From a virus (taxonomy: Duplodnaviria > Caudoviricetes), in IMG/VR virus record IMGVR_UViG_3300042542_006078: 64,000 nucleotides of DNA. One strand, 5' to 3'. A model generated the notes under the pieces. That model made no database searches and was not told where the DNA came from. It saw only the letters and a program-made list of their open reading frames with translations. A program made the position numbers and the translations under genes. This document shows positions 18,404 to 28,740 of this stretch, piece after piece. Every line of letters begins with the position of its first letter. Position 1 is the first letter of the stretch.

Positions 18404-18645
18404 TATTTACCTCTTCTTTTTTTGATTGCTGAAAAGCAAAATAAAATAGGAATTAAACCAAGAAAATTAACAGGAAATGTCGGAACAACCGAAATCCACC
18501 ATATTCCAACTAAAATAACAGGAACAGATAAAAACCAAACAATCCAATTAGGCACAATTGAAACAAAACTTAGGCAATATAAAAATGGGCCAGAAAAAAT
18601 TACAATTAGAAAAATCAAGGCAACCAATAATGCCAAACTTGCCAT
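18403..18645 (-). CDS. Small membrane protein
   Basis: Three hydrophobic helices, basic C-terminus, SD GGAG. Confidence 0.65.
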   Translation of the reverse strand: MASLALLVALIFLIVIFSGPFLYCLSFVSIVPNWIVWFLSVPVILVGIWWISVVPTFPVNFLGLIPILFCFSAIKKRRGK

Positions 18646-18715
18646 AAATACTCCAAAAAATTAATTTCTTGCCACTCTATTTATGTGGCAAAAAATATTT
18701 TAGTTTGGGTAAAAC

Positions 18716-19294
18716 ATGACACCAAAATTCACATCAGATTGGTTTTCTCATCATATTTCAGATTGGGAAATGTGGCTTCGTGATTTCAAGAATTTACCTC
18801 ATTTAGATTTTTTAGAAATTGGCAGTTACGAAGGAAGGTCGGCAGTTTGGCTACTGGACAATATAATTCAAAATGAAACATGTAAAATAACATGCATTGA
18901 TCAATTCGTTGATGACGATTATGAAAAAATTAACAATAAACCACTTAGAAAACAGTTTATGGAAAATTTAGGGCCATATATTGAAAAAGGTAAGATTACA
19001 ATTTTTCAAAATCAAAGTTTTGATGCTCTCTCGGAACTCATAAGATCAGGAAAGCAATATGATTTCATCTACATTGATGGATGTCATATGGCCAAATCTG
19101 TAATGGAAGATGCCATCTTATCTTTCAAACTTCTTAAAAAAAATGGAATTATGATCTTTGATGATAATAATTGGAATGTAAAACAAAATATACATGAATG
19201 TCCAAGATTAGCAATAAACTCTTTCATGAGTGTTTATTCTTGGTACACTAAAATAATTTACTGTGGCGATCAATTAGTAGTAAGAAAAATATGA
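18716..19294 (+). CDS. SAM-dependent methyltransferase (Methyltransf_24-like)
   Basis: FLEIGSYEGRS, YDFIYIDGCH, GIMIFDD. Confidence 0.82.
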   Translation: MTPKFTSDWFSHHISDWEMWLRDFKNLPHLDFLEIGSYEGRSAVWLLDNIIQNETCKITCIDQFVDDDYEKINNKPLRKQFMENLGPYIEKGKITIFQNQSFDALSELIRSGKQYDFIYIDGCHMAKSVMEDAILSFKLLKKNGIMIFDDNNWNVKQNIHECPRLAINSFMSVYSWYTKIIYCGDQLVVRKI

Positions 19295-20001
19295 TTAGTT
19301 TAATTGTACCTGTAATGAATAGAACAGATAGGATTGTTCCCTGTCTTTCAACTTGGATTGAACAAGAAGAAATAGACGAAGTATTAATCGTTGACTGGTC
19401 GTCAACACATCCAATCAACCAAGATCAATCTGTAAAAGAAATTACAGATCACCCTAAGACCAAGATTGTTCGTGTCGATGATGAAGAATATTTTATCTCA
19501 ATGAGCTTTTCTCTCAATGTTGGGTTAGAAAATGCCACTCATGACCATGTCTTAAAATGCGATATTGACTATAAATTGACAAACCCAGAAATTCTTAAAA
19601 TATTCAAAAGAGAACAAAATAAAAACCAATTTTATTGCGGAACCGTTCCAAAAAAGTGGGACTTTCATGGTTTTTCTTTTTTCAATAAACAACACGCTTT
19701 GAATATTGAAGGATATAATGAAAAAATCCGTGGATGGGGATGGGACGATGAAGACTTCTATAGAAGAATGGAAAAACAAGGACTAGAAAGAATAGTCATC
19801 ATGAATATTGAAGAATTTCTTTACCATATTCCACATGATGATTCGCTTAGAACAGCCAATTATCCCCAAGATCAACAAAATAAAAATCAAACAAATAGGC
19901 AAAATTCACTTATATCCCAAGAATTTAGTTGTGGCTGTCTATCAACATACCAAATACTTATTGACACACCAAAATACAAGGAAATTATCAGAAAAAAATG
20001 A
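19291..20001 (+). CDS. GT-A glycosyltransferase (GT2 with GT7-like C-terminus)
   Basis: ISLIVPVMNR, IVDWSS, KCDID (DxD), GYNE...GWGWDDEDFYRR. Confidence 0.82.
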   Translation: MISLIVPVMNRTDRIVPCLSTWIEQEEIDEVLIVDWSSTHPINQDQSVKEITDHPKTKIVRVDDEEYFISMSFSLNVGLENATHDHVLKCDIDYKLTNPEILKIFKREQNKNQFYCGTVPKKWDFHGFSFFNKQHALNIEGYNEKIRGWGWDDEDFYRRMEKQGLERIVIMNIEEFLYHIPHDDSLRTANYPQDQQNKNQTNRQNSLISQEFSCGCLSTYQILIDTPKYKEIIRKK

Positions 20002-20852
20002 AACCCCTTCTCGTTACAGTAACTGGACACAGAACCAATACTCTCAAACATCAACTCATGCACTACAAGAATGAAATCAAAGATGCATTCATTGTCGCAT
20101 ATGAACATGAAAATTCTGACAAATCAACAAAAGAAGAAGTAGAAGAAATAGCAAAAGAACAAGGATTCAAAATCCACACAGTCAGAACTCATAGACCATT
20201 CGACTGGGAACAAGTTACAAATATATACAATGAAATAAAAGATAAGTATCCAGATGATTGGTGGATAATATCTGATGATGATGAGCTTCAAATTTATTGG
20301 GAGCCTATAGAAGATCTTATCCAAGACTGTGAAAAACATGGATGGGAATATGTATCAGGAGGATTCGTTGATAGAATCGGCCTAGAAGGCACTTTTCCTG
20401 AAATCAATCCTGAATCAAACCTTTGGGAAACATTCCCAGTAGCAGCCTTTTTTCGCTATCCATTAAGCAAAGCATGTCCCAACAAGACCTGCTTGGCAAA
20501 AGGCAGAATAAAAGTGTCTAACGGCCAACATTACATCAAGGAAGGCCAAAATGTAGTATGGGGAGCTAAAGGATGGCTTCACCCGAAAAGATACCCTGTC
20601 AATCGAAATTTCGTCCAAGTTCACCACTTCAAGTGGGACGACACAGTATTTCAAAGACTTCTCGATGTTGCCAATGTCAAACAAAAATATGCATACTCAG
20701 AAGAATATCAACTGATGTATGATTCTATCAAGAACAACAACTTTAGGATCGATATAAATAATTCTAATTTCTTTGCTATGAACATTCCTGAGAAAAATTA
20801 TCAAGCATACACGCATTGGGGAAGGCTGAAAAACCTCATTTTACATATTTGA
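19998..20852 (+). CDS. GT-A glycosyltransferase-like protein
   Basis: WWIISDDDE motif; VHHFKW; ATGA-coupled to the upstream GT. Confidence 0.65.
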   Translation: MKPLLVTVTGHRTNTLKHQLMHYKNEIKDAFIVAYEHENSDKSTKEEVEEIAKEQGFKIHTVRTHRPFDWEQVTNIYNEIKDKYPDDWWIISDDDELQIYWEPIEDLIQDCEKHGWEYVSGGFVDRIGLEGTFPEINPESNLWETFPVAAFFRYPLSKACPNKTCLAKGRIKVSNGQHYIKEGQNVVWGAKGWLHPKRYPVNRNFVQVHHFKWDDTVFQRLLDVANVKQKYAYSEEYQLMYDSIKNNNFRIDINNSNFFAMNIPEKNYQAYTHWGRLKNLILHI

Positions 20853-20906
20853 CAAACAGAAGTATGTCGTGAAAGAGTCAATTCAACAAACCAAGAGTAA
20901 TTAAAA

Positions 20907-21275
20907 ATGGTTTACCCATCAATCGGAATCGACATCGACGGCTGCATCACCGATTTCCCAATCTTCTTCCAAGTTTTGTCAAGTTCTTGGCCGGGCAAGG
21001 TATTTATCATTACGATGAGATTCAGAAAAGATGATACAGAATTATTCCTCAAAAATAAAAATATACGATTCGACCAAATACACATGGTCAATTCATTTGC
21101 TGAAAAAGGCAATATTATCAGAAACTATGGAATATCAGCTTTCTTTGATGATCAGCCAGAAATCCTAAAGTCAATTACTCCAAACTGTGCATGCTTCCTC
21201 GTCAGAAACGAAGGGAACTTTGACTTTGAAAGAAATAAATTCACCATGTCTAGCAACACAGCAGATGTGATCTAA
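20907..21275 (+). CDS. HAD-superfamily phosphatase-like protein
   Basis: IGIDIDGCIT motif I, IIT motif II, K, FFDD motif IV. Confidence 0.65.
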   Translation: MVYPSIGIDIDGCITDFPIFFQVLSSSWPGKVFIITMRFRKDDTELFLKNKNIRFDQIHMVNSFAEKGNIIRNYGISAFFDDQPEILKSITPNCACFLVRNEGNFDFERNKFTMSSNTADVI

Positions 21276-21345
21276 ATTATTTTCCAGCAAATCAAATTTT
21301 ACAAACCCGTCCTTGTTTGAAGGACGGAAGGAGAGAAAGCACACC

Positions 21346-22398
21346 ATGAAGAGTATTTTTGTCAAATGGCTTGAAATTTATAGTCGAGACGAAAAAAAGT
21401 TTAACTTATTGGCCAAAAAAATTATTGGTCAAGATGCACCGCCAATTCAAGCATATGGTTGGGTTTACACAGACCCAGAAAAAGACTCAAAAACACATAT
21501 AATTGGTTACATGAACAAAAGGTCAAGCAACAAAGCTATGACCGGAAATATAAGTTTTATGGCAGCATGCCGAGCCCTTTTGGAAATATCTGGCAATCGT
21601 GATGCACAAGCCGAAATCAGGAATATCGTATACCTTCATGAATTACGCAAATTTGGCTTTCATGAATTGAATCTAAGCATCGATCAGGCTGTTGGTCTTA
21701 TCAATACAGATGTCAATCTAGATGTAGATGAATTCACATCCATGTTTCCTCTCATGGTTGTCAATTTCCCAGATGAACTTAGGCAAGTTTATTTGGAAAA
21801 AAATCAATTTTTTCCAAGCATCGCATTTGTTCGACATGAACCACAACAGGGAATGCTCCTCATAGAATTTATCCACCATTTTCAAGATTGGGACAATGTA
21901 TCAAACGGTTGCCTTACCTTTTTCAGCAAGAAAAACAATAACATTTTTGATACAATTCAGGAAAAACTGAATTGGGATGAGACAAAATCCGTCATGAGGC
22001 CAGAAAGTATAGATGCTGCAAAACTTGCCATCAACAGCATTCTTCTCGCCCAAAGAACCAATAACATGGTCAGAATCGATAAAAATCAAAACGATCCAAT
22101 ACAACAACAATTCAAACGCACCATGAGGGGAACTGGAAACCTTGGTAAAATTACAGAAGCAACATTTTGGTCATTCCAGCCAAACCTAAAGACTTTCAAC
22201 TCCCAGCAAGAATCTAGGTCTGGAGAAGAAAAGGGCAAAATTGTTCGTCCACACTGGAGGAGAGGACATTGGAGAAGAGTTGCACATGGAGAGAAAAGAA
22301 TCGAAAGAAAATGGATGCACTTTCCAGCAGTTTTTGTAAACGCAGAAAGATTCGATGGGAAAATGAATCAGACTTTCACATCACATAATCTAAATTGA
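21346..22398 (+). CDS. Hypothetical protein with C-terminal PHWRRGHWR motif
   Basis: SD GGAG before ATG 21346; Arg/His/Trp motif typical of a phage/plasmid domain. Confidence 0.7.
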   Translation: MKSIFVKWLEIYSRDEKKFNLLAKKIIGQDAPPIQAYGWVYTDPEKDSKTHIIGYMNKRSSNKAMTGNISFMAACRALLEISGNRDAQAEIRNIVYLHELRKFGFHELNLSIDQAVGLINTDVNLDVDEFTSMFPLMVVNFPDELRQVYLEKNQFFPSIAFVRHEPQQGMLLIEFIHHFQDWDNVSNGCLTFFSKKNNNIFDTIQEKLNWDETKSVMRPESIDAAKLAINSILLAQRTNNMVRIDKNQNDPIQQQFKRTMRGTGNLGKITEATFWSFQPNLKTFNSQQESRSGEEKGKIVRPHWRRGHWRRVAHGEKRIERKWMHFPAVFVNAERFDGKMNQTFTSHNLN

Positions 22399-22401
22399 CA
22401 A

Positions 22402-23196
22402 TCAAACGCTCTTCCATCTTGGAAGTCCAATCTTTGCACGATTTTTTTGAATCTGAGCCAGAGCGGACAAAGGATCAAATCCCTTTGGCTCATTAGGTCC
22501 AAGGTCTGGTATTACAACCCGTCCTTTGTACATTCCTATATTTGTCGGACCTGCATCATCATGCTTGAAACCAGTAGCCCCGTACAACATTGACAAAGTA
22601 TCCATCATGACAAGCATGTGTGGAAGCAAATCATCATTTCCACCATTATCACGCAAAGTTTTCAAACACAAATCTTCCCTCTCTTTTTCCGATGAAGGAA
22701 ATCCGTCCATTTCAGGATTTTCATCTATAAGAACAGTCATGAAATCTGCTGCTTTACGCATTTCTTGTGGAACACCAATTGTATCAACCCAATGCTGTAA
22801 AATAGCGTAAATGTTGTCTCCAAGATATTTGACAGCAACAATTGGCGCTGGGACATCATCCCTTCCAGCAACCATTGTCGCCACATTCGCCTCAACCCTA
22901 TTGGCAGACATCTTGACAACATGGTCAATTAGAAAATAACAACGACCTGCACCACCATCAGCATATGAAGGAGGAATTTCATCCGGCAATTCAACATTTA
23001 GACTTTTAAGCCAAGGAATTAAAGGGGAATTAGGATCAGTCCAATACTTCAAAGTCTCATCATGAGCTTTTCCCTCAGTTTTCATCTTGGACTTGCTAAA
23101 CTTTGGAATGACAAATAAATTGCTCATCAACTTGGACAATTTTCCAACCTTGTCCTTCATCTCGCTTTTTGCAACGAATTCTCTGAATGTAGTCAT
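22402..23196 (-). CDS. Protein-kinase-like (APH/choline kinase fold) protein with T4-type capsid-targeting leader
   Basis: MTTFREFVAKSE leader; DGGAGRCY Gly loop, VVKM, HDDAGPTNIG catalytic loop, DLG. Confidence 0.6.
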   Translation of the reverse strand: MTTFREFVAKSEMKDKVGKLSKLMSNLFVIPKFSKSKMKTEGKAHDETLKYWTDPNSPLIPWLKSLNVELPDEIPPSYADGGAGRCYFLIDHVVKMSANRVEANVATMVAGRDDVPAPIVAVKYLGDNIYAILQHWVDTIGVPQEMRKAADFMTVLIDENPEMDGFPSSEKEREDLCLKTLRDNGGNDDLLPHMLVMMDTLSMLYGATGFKHDDAGPTNIGMYKGRVVIPDLGPNEPKGFDPLSALAQIQKNRAKIGLPRWKSV

Positions 23197-23274
23197 AATT
23201 TTATTTACTAAATAATAACCAATTTCTTCACATAAAACCTTATATAATACAATCATATTCATCAAGGATTATTC

Positions 23275-23907
23275 ATGTCGCAAGAAAGTCTTCATTATAT
23301 TCAGTATCTTTCAGGAATTATTTCTGAAGAAAAATTCTACGAAATTGAAGAACAATTTAATGAAGGATTGGCCAGAAATCTTTTGGGGGCAGGCGCTCTT
23401 GCAATGGGAAGTCTTTTCGGAGGCGAAGCTTCAGCCCAAAGCGGAAGAGATCAAATTGATGCCATAAAGAACAAAATCTCTGATCATGAAGCGACTGAAA
23501 ATGCAATAGAACTATTAAAGGATGGAAAATTAGATTTTCTTTTAATTAAAACTAATTTGACAGATAAAGAAAATAATTTTATCAATAAGATTGAGTATAT
23601 CGTAAAAAAAAATCCACATGTTGCATTAGACATATTAAAAGAAAAACAGAAACAATTTTATTTGCAGTCTACACAAAAGGAAATAGATCAAGGTGGACTT
23701 GATCTAAATGATCCTGTTGTCAAATTGATATTTAAGCTATTTCCACAGTTCAAAAAAGCTATGGAAAAAGGTGGAAAAAATTGGGTTGAACTTGAAGGTC
23801 CAAGCACTTTATATGATCTTCAAAAGGAAAAAGACATAAAATGGAAGCAAGAAGATTTAGGTAAACTTTTAAGAAAATCAATAGAAGGCAATTTGCCTAA
23901 TCGTTAA
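23275..23907 (+). CDS. Hypothetical protein, shared-leader paralog A
   Basis: First about 50 aa nearly identical to 23979 gene; unrelated body. Confidence 0.75.
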   Translation: MSQESLHYIQYLSGIISEEKFYEIEEQFNEGLARNLLGAGALAMGSLFGGEASAQSGRDQIDAIKNKISDHEATENAIELLKDGKLDFLLIKTNLTDKENNFINKIEYIVKKNPHVALDILKEKQKQFYLQSTQKEIDQGGLDLNDPVVKLIFKLFPQFKKAMEKGGKNWVELEGPSTLYDLQKEKDIKWKQEDLGKLLRKSIEGNLPNR

Positions 23908-23978
23908 AATTTTAATTTAGCACAATTAAAATTAAAAAAAAACCCTAAATATAACAAACCTATTTACGAGGGTAAAAA

Positions 23979-24587
23979 ATGTCACAAGAAAGCATGCATT
24001 ATATTCAGTATCTTTCAGGAATTATTTCTGAAGAAAGATTCTATGAAATTGAAGAACAATTTAATGAAGGATTGGCCAGAAATCTTATGGGAGCAGGCGC
24101 TCTTGCAATGGGAAGTCTTTTCGGAGGACCATCTGCTTCAGCCCAAACACCACCTCCAGCAGCAATAACGAAGAGTGTCGATGAATTCGGTGTTGATGAT
24201 GATGAAACCGTTCATCATGATGCAAAACAATACACAAAAGAACTAGTTGCCAAATTAAGGATTCACAGAAATGGTTTTGAAGACAAATATGGCAGAGAAG
24301 GAGCGGATTTAGGAAGAATGACAATCAATAAAATTATCAAAGCTGAATCTTCACCAAATGGAAAAAAAGTTATTGTGACTATTTCTGGAATGGCAAGAGG
24401 TACTAAAGGATCATTACCCGGAAAATCAGAAGAAGCGATTAAGTCTTTAATGGGTCAAGCAGGATCTGTGAGAGTTTTTGGAGTAGAAAATAGCGGCAAA
24501 TGGATGGGAGAAGTTCCTGAAGACATCGTCTCTCCCGGTTCTAAATTATACCCATTTACTGCCCAAGTTGTAATCACGGGCAAATGA
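23979..24587 (+). CDS. Hypothetical protein, shared-leader paralog B
   Basis: MSQES[LM]HYIQYLSGIISEE.FYEIEEQFNEGLARNL.GAGALAMGSLFGG leader; SD GAGG. Confidence 0.75.
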   Translation: MSQESMHYIQYLSGIISEERFYEIEEQFNEGLARNLMGAGALAMGSLFGGPSASAQTPPPAAITKSVDEFGVDDDETVHHDAKQYTKELVAKLRIHRNGFEDKYGREGADLGRMTINKIIKAESSPNGKKVIVTISGMARGTKGSLPGKSEEAIKSLMGQAGSVRVFGVENSGKWMGEVPEDIVSPGSKLYPFTAQVVITGK

Positions 24588-24613
24588 AAAAATTAATTTA
24601 TATTTGAAATTCA

Positions 24614-24641
24614 AAAGCCAGTTGTTATGACAACTGGCTTT
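24614..24641. terminator. Intrinsic terminator-like hairpin
   Basis: AAAGCCAGTTGT-TATG-ACAACTGGCTTT. Confidence 0.65.
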
Positions 24642-24709
24642 AATCATTTAATGGCTGGTGAAAAATATAGACGAAAATTATAATATAATCAATAATAGAT
24701 ATTTTAATT

Positions 24710-25831
24710 ATGCAAAATATACCTCTATTCAAAGTTTTTATAGAAGAAAATTGCCATAAAGAAATATCTAAAACAATACAATCTGGATTCATTGGTCAAG
24801 GACAAAAGGTAGAAGATTTTGAAGTCGAATTGCAGAATCTCCTTAAATCTCCTTTCATAAATACAACGAATTCAGCAACATCCGCAATTCATTTAGCTCT
24901 CCATCTAATAAAAGAATTTTCAACTAAAACAAGAAATCAAGTCATCACAACACCATTGACATGCACAGCCACAAACATACCAATTCTTCACTACGAAATG
25001 AATCCAGTTTGGGCAGACATTAACCCAATGAACTGCAATATAGACATTGATGATGTTCATAAGAAAATAGACAAAAACACATTAGCAGTCATGGTTGTTC
25101 ATTGGGCAGGTTATCCAGTCGATATGGATAAAATTAACGACATACTTGATCATCACCAAAGCAAAAACAAATTCAGACCATTCCTAATAGAAGACTGCTC
25201 CCACGCCATCGCAACAAGATCACATTATCCAACTGATAATAACTTCGCTGTATACAGTTTTGGACCAATCAAACACCTCACAACAGGAGATGGAGGATGC
25301 CTAGTTTCTCCAAACGAATACTTCCACAAAAAAGCCAAATTACTTAGATGGTACGGACTTGACAGAACATCTAAAAAAGACTTCAGATGCGAACAAAATA
25401 TCGAGGAACCCGGATACAAATTCCACATGAATGACATCAATGCAACAATAGGACTTCAAAACATTAAAAAAATTCACGATATCGTCAACAAACATAGAAA
25501 AAATGCTGATTATCTCAGGAACAAAATAACCCAAGTGACACACCTTGAACACGAAAAACAATCATCAGACTGGATTCTCACAGTCCATGTGAAAAATAGA
25601 GATCAATTCGTTAATCACATGTCTGAAAATGGAATCCAAACAAGCAGAGTCCATGATAGAAATGATAAACATACAATTTTCAACAAATATAAAACAGAAT
25701 TACCTAAAACAACACAAACTTGTGATACAATGATTTGCATACCTTGCGGATGGTGGCTCAATCAAGAAAACCTCGAACACATTGTCAACAAGGCAAATGA
25801 AGGAGATTGGAAATGTTCTCTTACGAATTGA
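24710..25831 (+). CDS. DegT/DnrJ/EryC1/StrS PLP-dependent sugar aminotransferase
   Basis: NSATSAIHLAL, VHWAGYP, IEDCSHA, SFGPIKHLTTGDGG (PLP Lys), GYKFHMND. Confidence 0.9.
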   Translation: MQNIPLFKVFIEENCHKEISKTIQSGFIGQGQKVEDFEVELQNLLKSPFINTTNSATSAIHLALHLIKEFSTKTRNQVITTPLTCTATNIPILHYEMNPVWADINPMNCNIDIDDVHKKIDKNTLAVMVVHWAGYPVDMDKINDILDHHQSKNKFRPFLIEDCSHAIATRSHYPTDNNFAVYSFGPIKHLTTGDGGCLVSPNEYFHKKAKLLRWYGLDRTSKKDFRCEQNIEEPGYKFHMNDINATIGLQNIKKIHDIVNKHRKNADYLRNKITQVTHLEHEKQSSDWILTVHVKNRDQFVNHMSENGIQTSRVHDRNDKHTIFNKYKTELPKTTQTCDTMICIPCGWWLNQENLEHIVNKANEGDWKCSLTN

Positions 25832-26316
25832 ATCTAAGGAAATTAGATCAAAAAGATTTGAATTTTTTACTCAAACTCAAAATGTCATCTCAAGAATATC
25901 ATCACAGAACAGCAATAATAAACGAGACAGATCAAAATTTATGGTTCAATTCAATTCATCTTGATTCACATCATCCAAAAAGTGTTTACCTTGTGGGTTA
26001 TTCAGAAGATGAAATGGATGTTGGTGTATTCGGACTCGCAAACATCAATTACATAAACGGCACAGCAGAAATACTATGTGACATAATTCCAGAACTAAGA
26101 AATCAAGGATATGGAGGAAAACTACTCAGATCTGGAATCAAATTTTCAAAATCAATACTTAATCTTAGAAAACTTGGATGCGAAGTACTCGAAAATAACA
26201 ACCCTTGTATGAAAATGCTTACCAAAAATGGTTTCTCCCAAGAGGGAATCAAAGTTAAACAAGTTTTCAAAAATGGAGATTATCTAGACAGCGTTATATT
26301 TGGACTAATGCTGTAA
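25807..26316 (+). CDS. GNAT N-acetyltransferase (PseH/RimJ-like)
   Basis: RNQGYG acetyl-CoA motif, CEVLENN, GFSQEG; overlaps the aminotransferase. Confidence 0.82.
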   Translation: MEMFSYELNLRKLDQKDLNFLLKLKMSSQEYHHRTAIINETDQNLWFNSIHLDSHHPKSVYLVGYSEDEMDVGVFGLANINYINGTAEILCDIIPELRNQGYGGKLLRSGIKFSKSILNLRKLGCEVLENNNPCMKMLTKNGFSQEGIKVKQVFKNGDYLDSVIFGLML

Positions 26317-26328
26317 ATTTTTTCAAAT

Positions 26329-28638
26329 TTAATTTCTAGCCCATCTATCCGACTTTCCACTATAATAATCTATTTTGCCCTTTCTTCTTGAACCAAAATT
26401 AAACTTCCCAGCAATATCCTCAACATCTCTTCCCTTTTCAACCCTTATCTTTAGATTGACTATATCTTTTTTAAGATCGCTAATCATGTTCGACAATATT
26501 GGCAATTTTTCCAAGAAATTTTCTTTCTCTTTTTCGCTAAGATTTTTTTCTTTACTTAGAACATTATAAACATTTTTTAATTTGATCAATTCATTTACAA
26601 TATTTTTCACCTTATCAGATAAAACATTGACTCCCAACTCTCCTGATCTGTTGAAATTATCACGCATCTTTTCAATCAACTTTTCAAGCAAATCAAAATT
26701 TTTAATCTCTGACCTAGCAAAAGAAGTATGTGTTATGACATCAGACAAAATCATATTATAATCAGCACCAGCATCGAGAAGCTTTTCAATATATTTAATT
26801 TTTAAGGAATGACTTAAACCATTAGTGCTTAAAATACTTTCTCCCATTTCGCTCAAATGAATGCCACTCATAAGAGAATGACGAGAATCAGTATCATTCT
26901 TATCAGATTCAATTTGTTTTATCTCATGATCTAAAATATGATCGGCAATTTCCTCTTTACCCATATGCAAAGATTTTACCAATAAATTTATATTATTGGT
27001 ACGAGCATTTTGCCAATTTTCATTATTTGAATAATCTTTGTCGTAATAATCTTCTCCAGAAAAATCAAATTCCCTGTCTTTCATTCCTTTAGGACGACCA
27101 TACTTGCCTCCAGAATCGAAATGCTTCTTGAAGCTATCATCATCGCCTTTATCCAAACTTATGACCATTTTGGCGTGAGGATGTAATTTTTCTATATCTG
27201 AATTTTCCAAAGATGATAATTCATTTCCGGCAATATCAATACCAGCATGACTGTTTTGAATTATAACTGACTTATAAAGATTAAAATCTTTTTCTCTCAA
27301 AATTTCTCTTTCATCTACACACAAAGGAACAATATAACCTTTGCGACCAAGAGTAGCATTGATTTTTTTAGACATTCTTTTCCATAATTCATCAACCAAT
27401 TCTTTATCCCCATTGTCAAGCAAAGTCCTCATTAAAAAGCCTTCTCCAATTTTTCCATAAACTCCCATTTGAGTAATATTATCGGCAAATTTAGAAATAA
27501 CTTTTTTTCTCTCATCCCTCATGTTCTTGCTAATGAATTCAAATTCTTCTTCATTTATCGGGTAGGCATGAACATTGGCATCCACAGAAATTAAACGAAA
27601 ATGCATATACTTTTTGCCCAAATCCTTGTCAGACAAAATATAATTTAACTGAGAACCAGTCATATTCAAGCCAGTAGAAACATATTGTTCCAACAAATCC
27701 CTTAACTTGTGCTTAACCAAGAAATCAAACTGCTCATCACTTAACTTGTGGCCACGACCTATGTAAGAACTCTTTTGAGCAGGATTTAATCTTATAAACC
27801 AATCATAAGAAAGATTCTCATTTCCCAAAAGTTCATTTTCTTGCTTCTCTAAATCATTGTGAGGATTGTTCTTGAATATCGAAGTGTCAATTCCTTTGCT
27901 TCTCAGATAAATAAAGTATTTTGTGTGATCCACATCTCTTAAATCGGAATTTTCAGGATTTTGACAACTTCCTGTCCTGTTAATCCTATCAGTCAATAAA
28001 ATCTTGCCATAACTACCAACATCAACTACCACAATATCCAAATTATCATTCCTATTGGAATCAAAAACGAAATAAAATGTCGCAGCATGAGAATCACGAT
28101 ATGACTTAAACATTTTGTTTCCCGGCTGAGAAATACAAAATGTCGTTCCACGACCCAATATTATCGCATCAGCAACATTTTCAGCCTTGAAAACTTTAAT
28201 ACTATTATCACTATTCGCAAAAACAGGACGCAAACGGGAAATATCCTCGTCACTAGGACGATAACGGGAAGCAGATCTGCTCCTCTCCTCTTCCTCCATT
28301 CCATGCATCGCTGCTGTCCATTCCAAATAATTGGAATATTGCCTAAACTGAGTATTCAAATTTCCACTATCATCAAATGTAAACAACTTCATCTTGTTCC
28401 TGCCAACAAGACGATGATAAACATCAATGTCATTGCCCAATGTTCTTAAATCAGGCTGACTTTTACTAAAATAAGCAGCAACCAACAAATACTTGTTCTT
28501 CTCTTCAGGTTTGATCCCATCTGGCAATATCTCACCTAACTTAATCAAAAAATTAGTATCACCACCAACCAAATTCAACGCAATCTCAGAAGGCTTCTTA
28601 GCCTCATTAAAATAAAACCATTCACTAAAGTTTAACAT
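26329..28638 (-). CDS. Large protein with capsid-targeting-like leader; paralog of 28741 gene
   Basis: MLNFSEWFYFNE; shared domain IKVFKAE...FCISQPGN...FYFVFD...YIGRGH; degenerate helical C-terminus. Confidence 0.75.
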   Translation of the reverse strand: MLNFSEWFYFNEAKKPSEIALNLVGGDTNFLIKLGEILPDGIKPEEKNKYLLVAAYFSKSQPDLRTLGNDIDVYHRLVGRNKMKLFTFDDSGNLNTQFRQYSNYLEWTAAMHGMEEEERSRSASRYRPSDEDISRLRPVFANSDNSIKVFKAENVADAIILGRGTTFCISQPGNKMFKSYRDSHAATFYFVFDSNRNDNLDIVVVDVGSYGKILLTDRINRTGSCQNPENSDLRDVDHTKYFIYLRSKGIDTSIFKNNPHNDLEKQENELLGNENLSYDWFIRLNPAQKSSYIGRGHKLSDEQFDFLVKHKLRDLLEQYVSTGLNMTGSQLNYILSDKDLGKKYMHFRLISVDANVHAYPINEEEFEFISKNMRDERKKVISKFADNITQMGVYGKIGEGFLMRTLLDNGDKELVDELWKRMSKKINATLGRKGYIVPLCVDEREILREKDFNLYKSVIIQNSHAGIDIAGNELSSLENSDIEKLHPHAKMVISLDKGDDDSFKKHFDSGGKYGRPKGMKDREFDFSGEDYYDKDYSNNENWQNARTNNINLLVKSLHMGKEEIADHILDHEIKQIESDKNDTDSRHSLMSGIHLSEMGESILSTNGLSHSLKIKYIEKLLDAGADYNMILSDVITHTSFARSEIKNFDLLEKLIEKMRDNFNRSGELGVNVLSDKVKNIVNELIKLKNVYNVLSKEKNLSEKEKENFLEKLPILSNMISDLKKDIVNLKIRVEKGRDVEDIAGKFNFGSRRKGKIDYYSGKSDRWARN

Positions 28639-28740
28639 GAATTATTTAGAGAATATCAACGAAATTTATTCTCTTTCCTTGACTATTTCAAATAGTCAAC
28701 AACATCATCACCAATTTGTGCTTATTCATAAAATACATCT

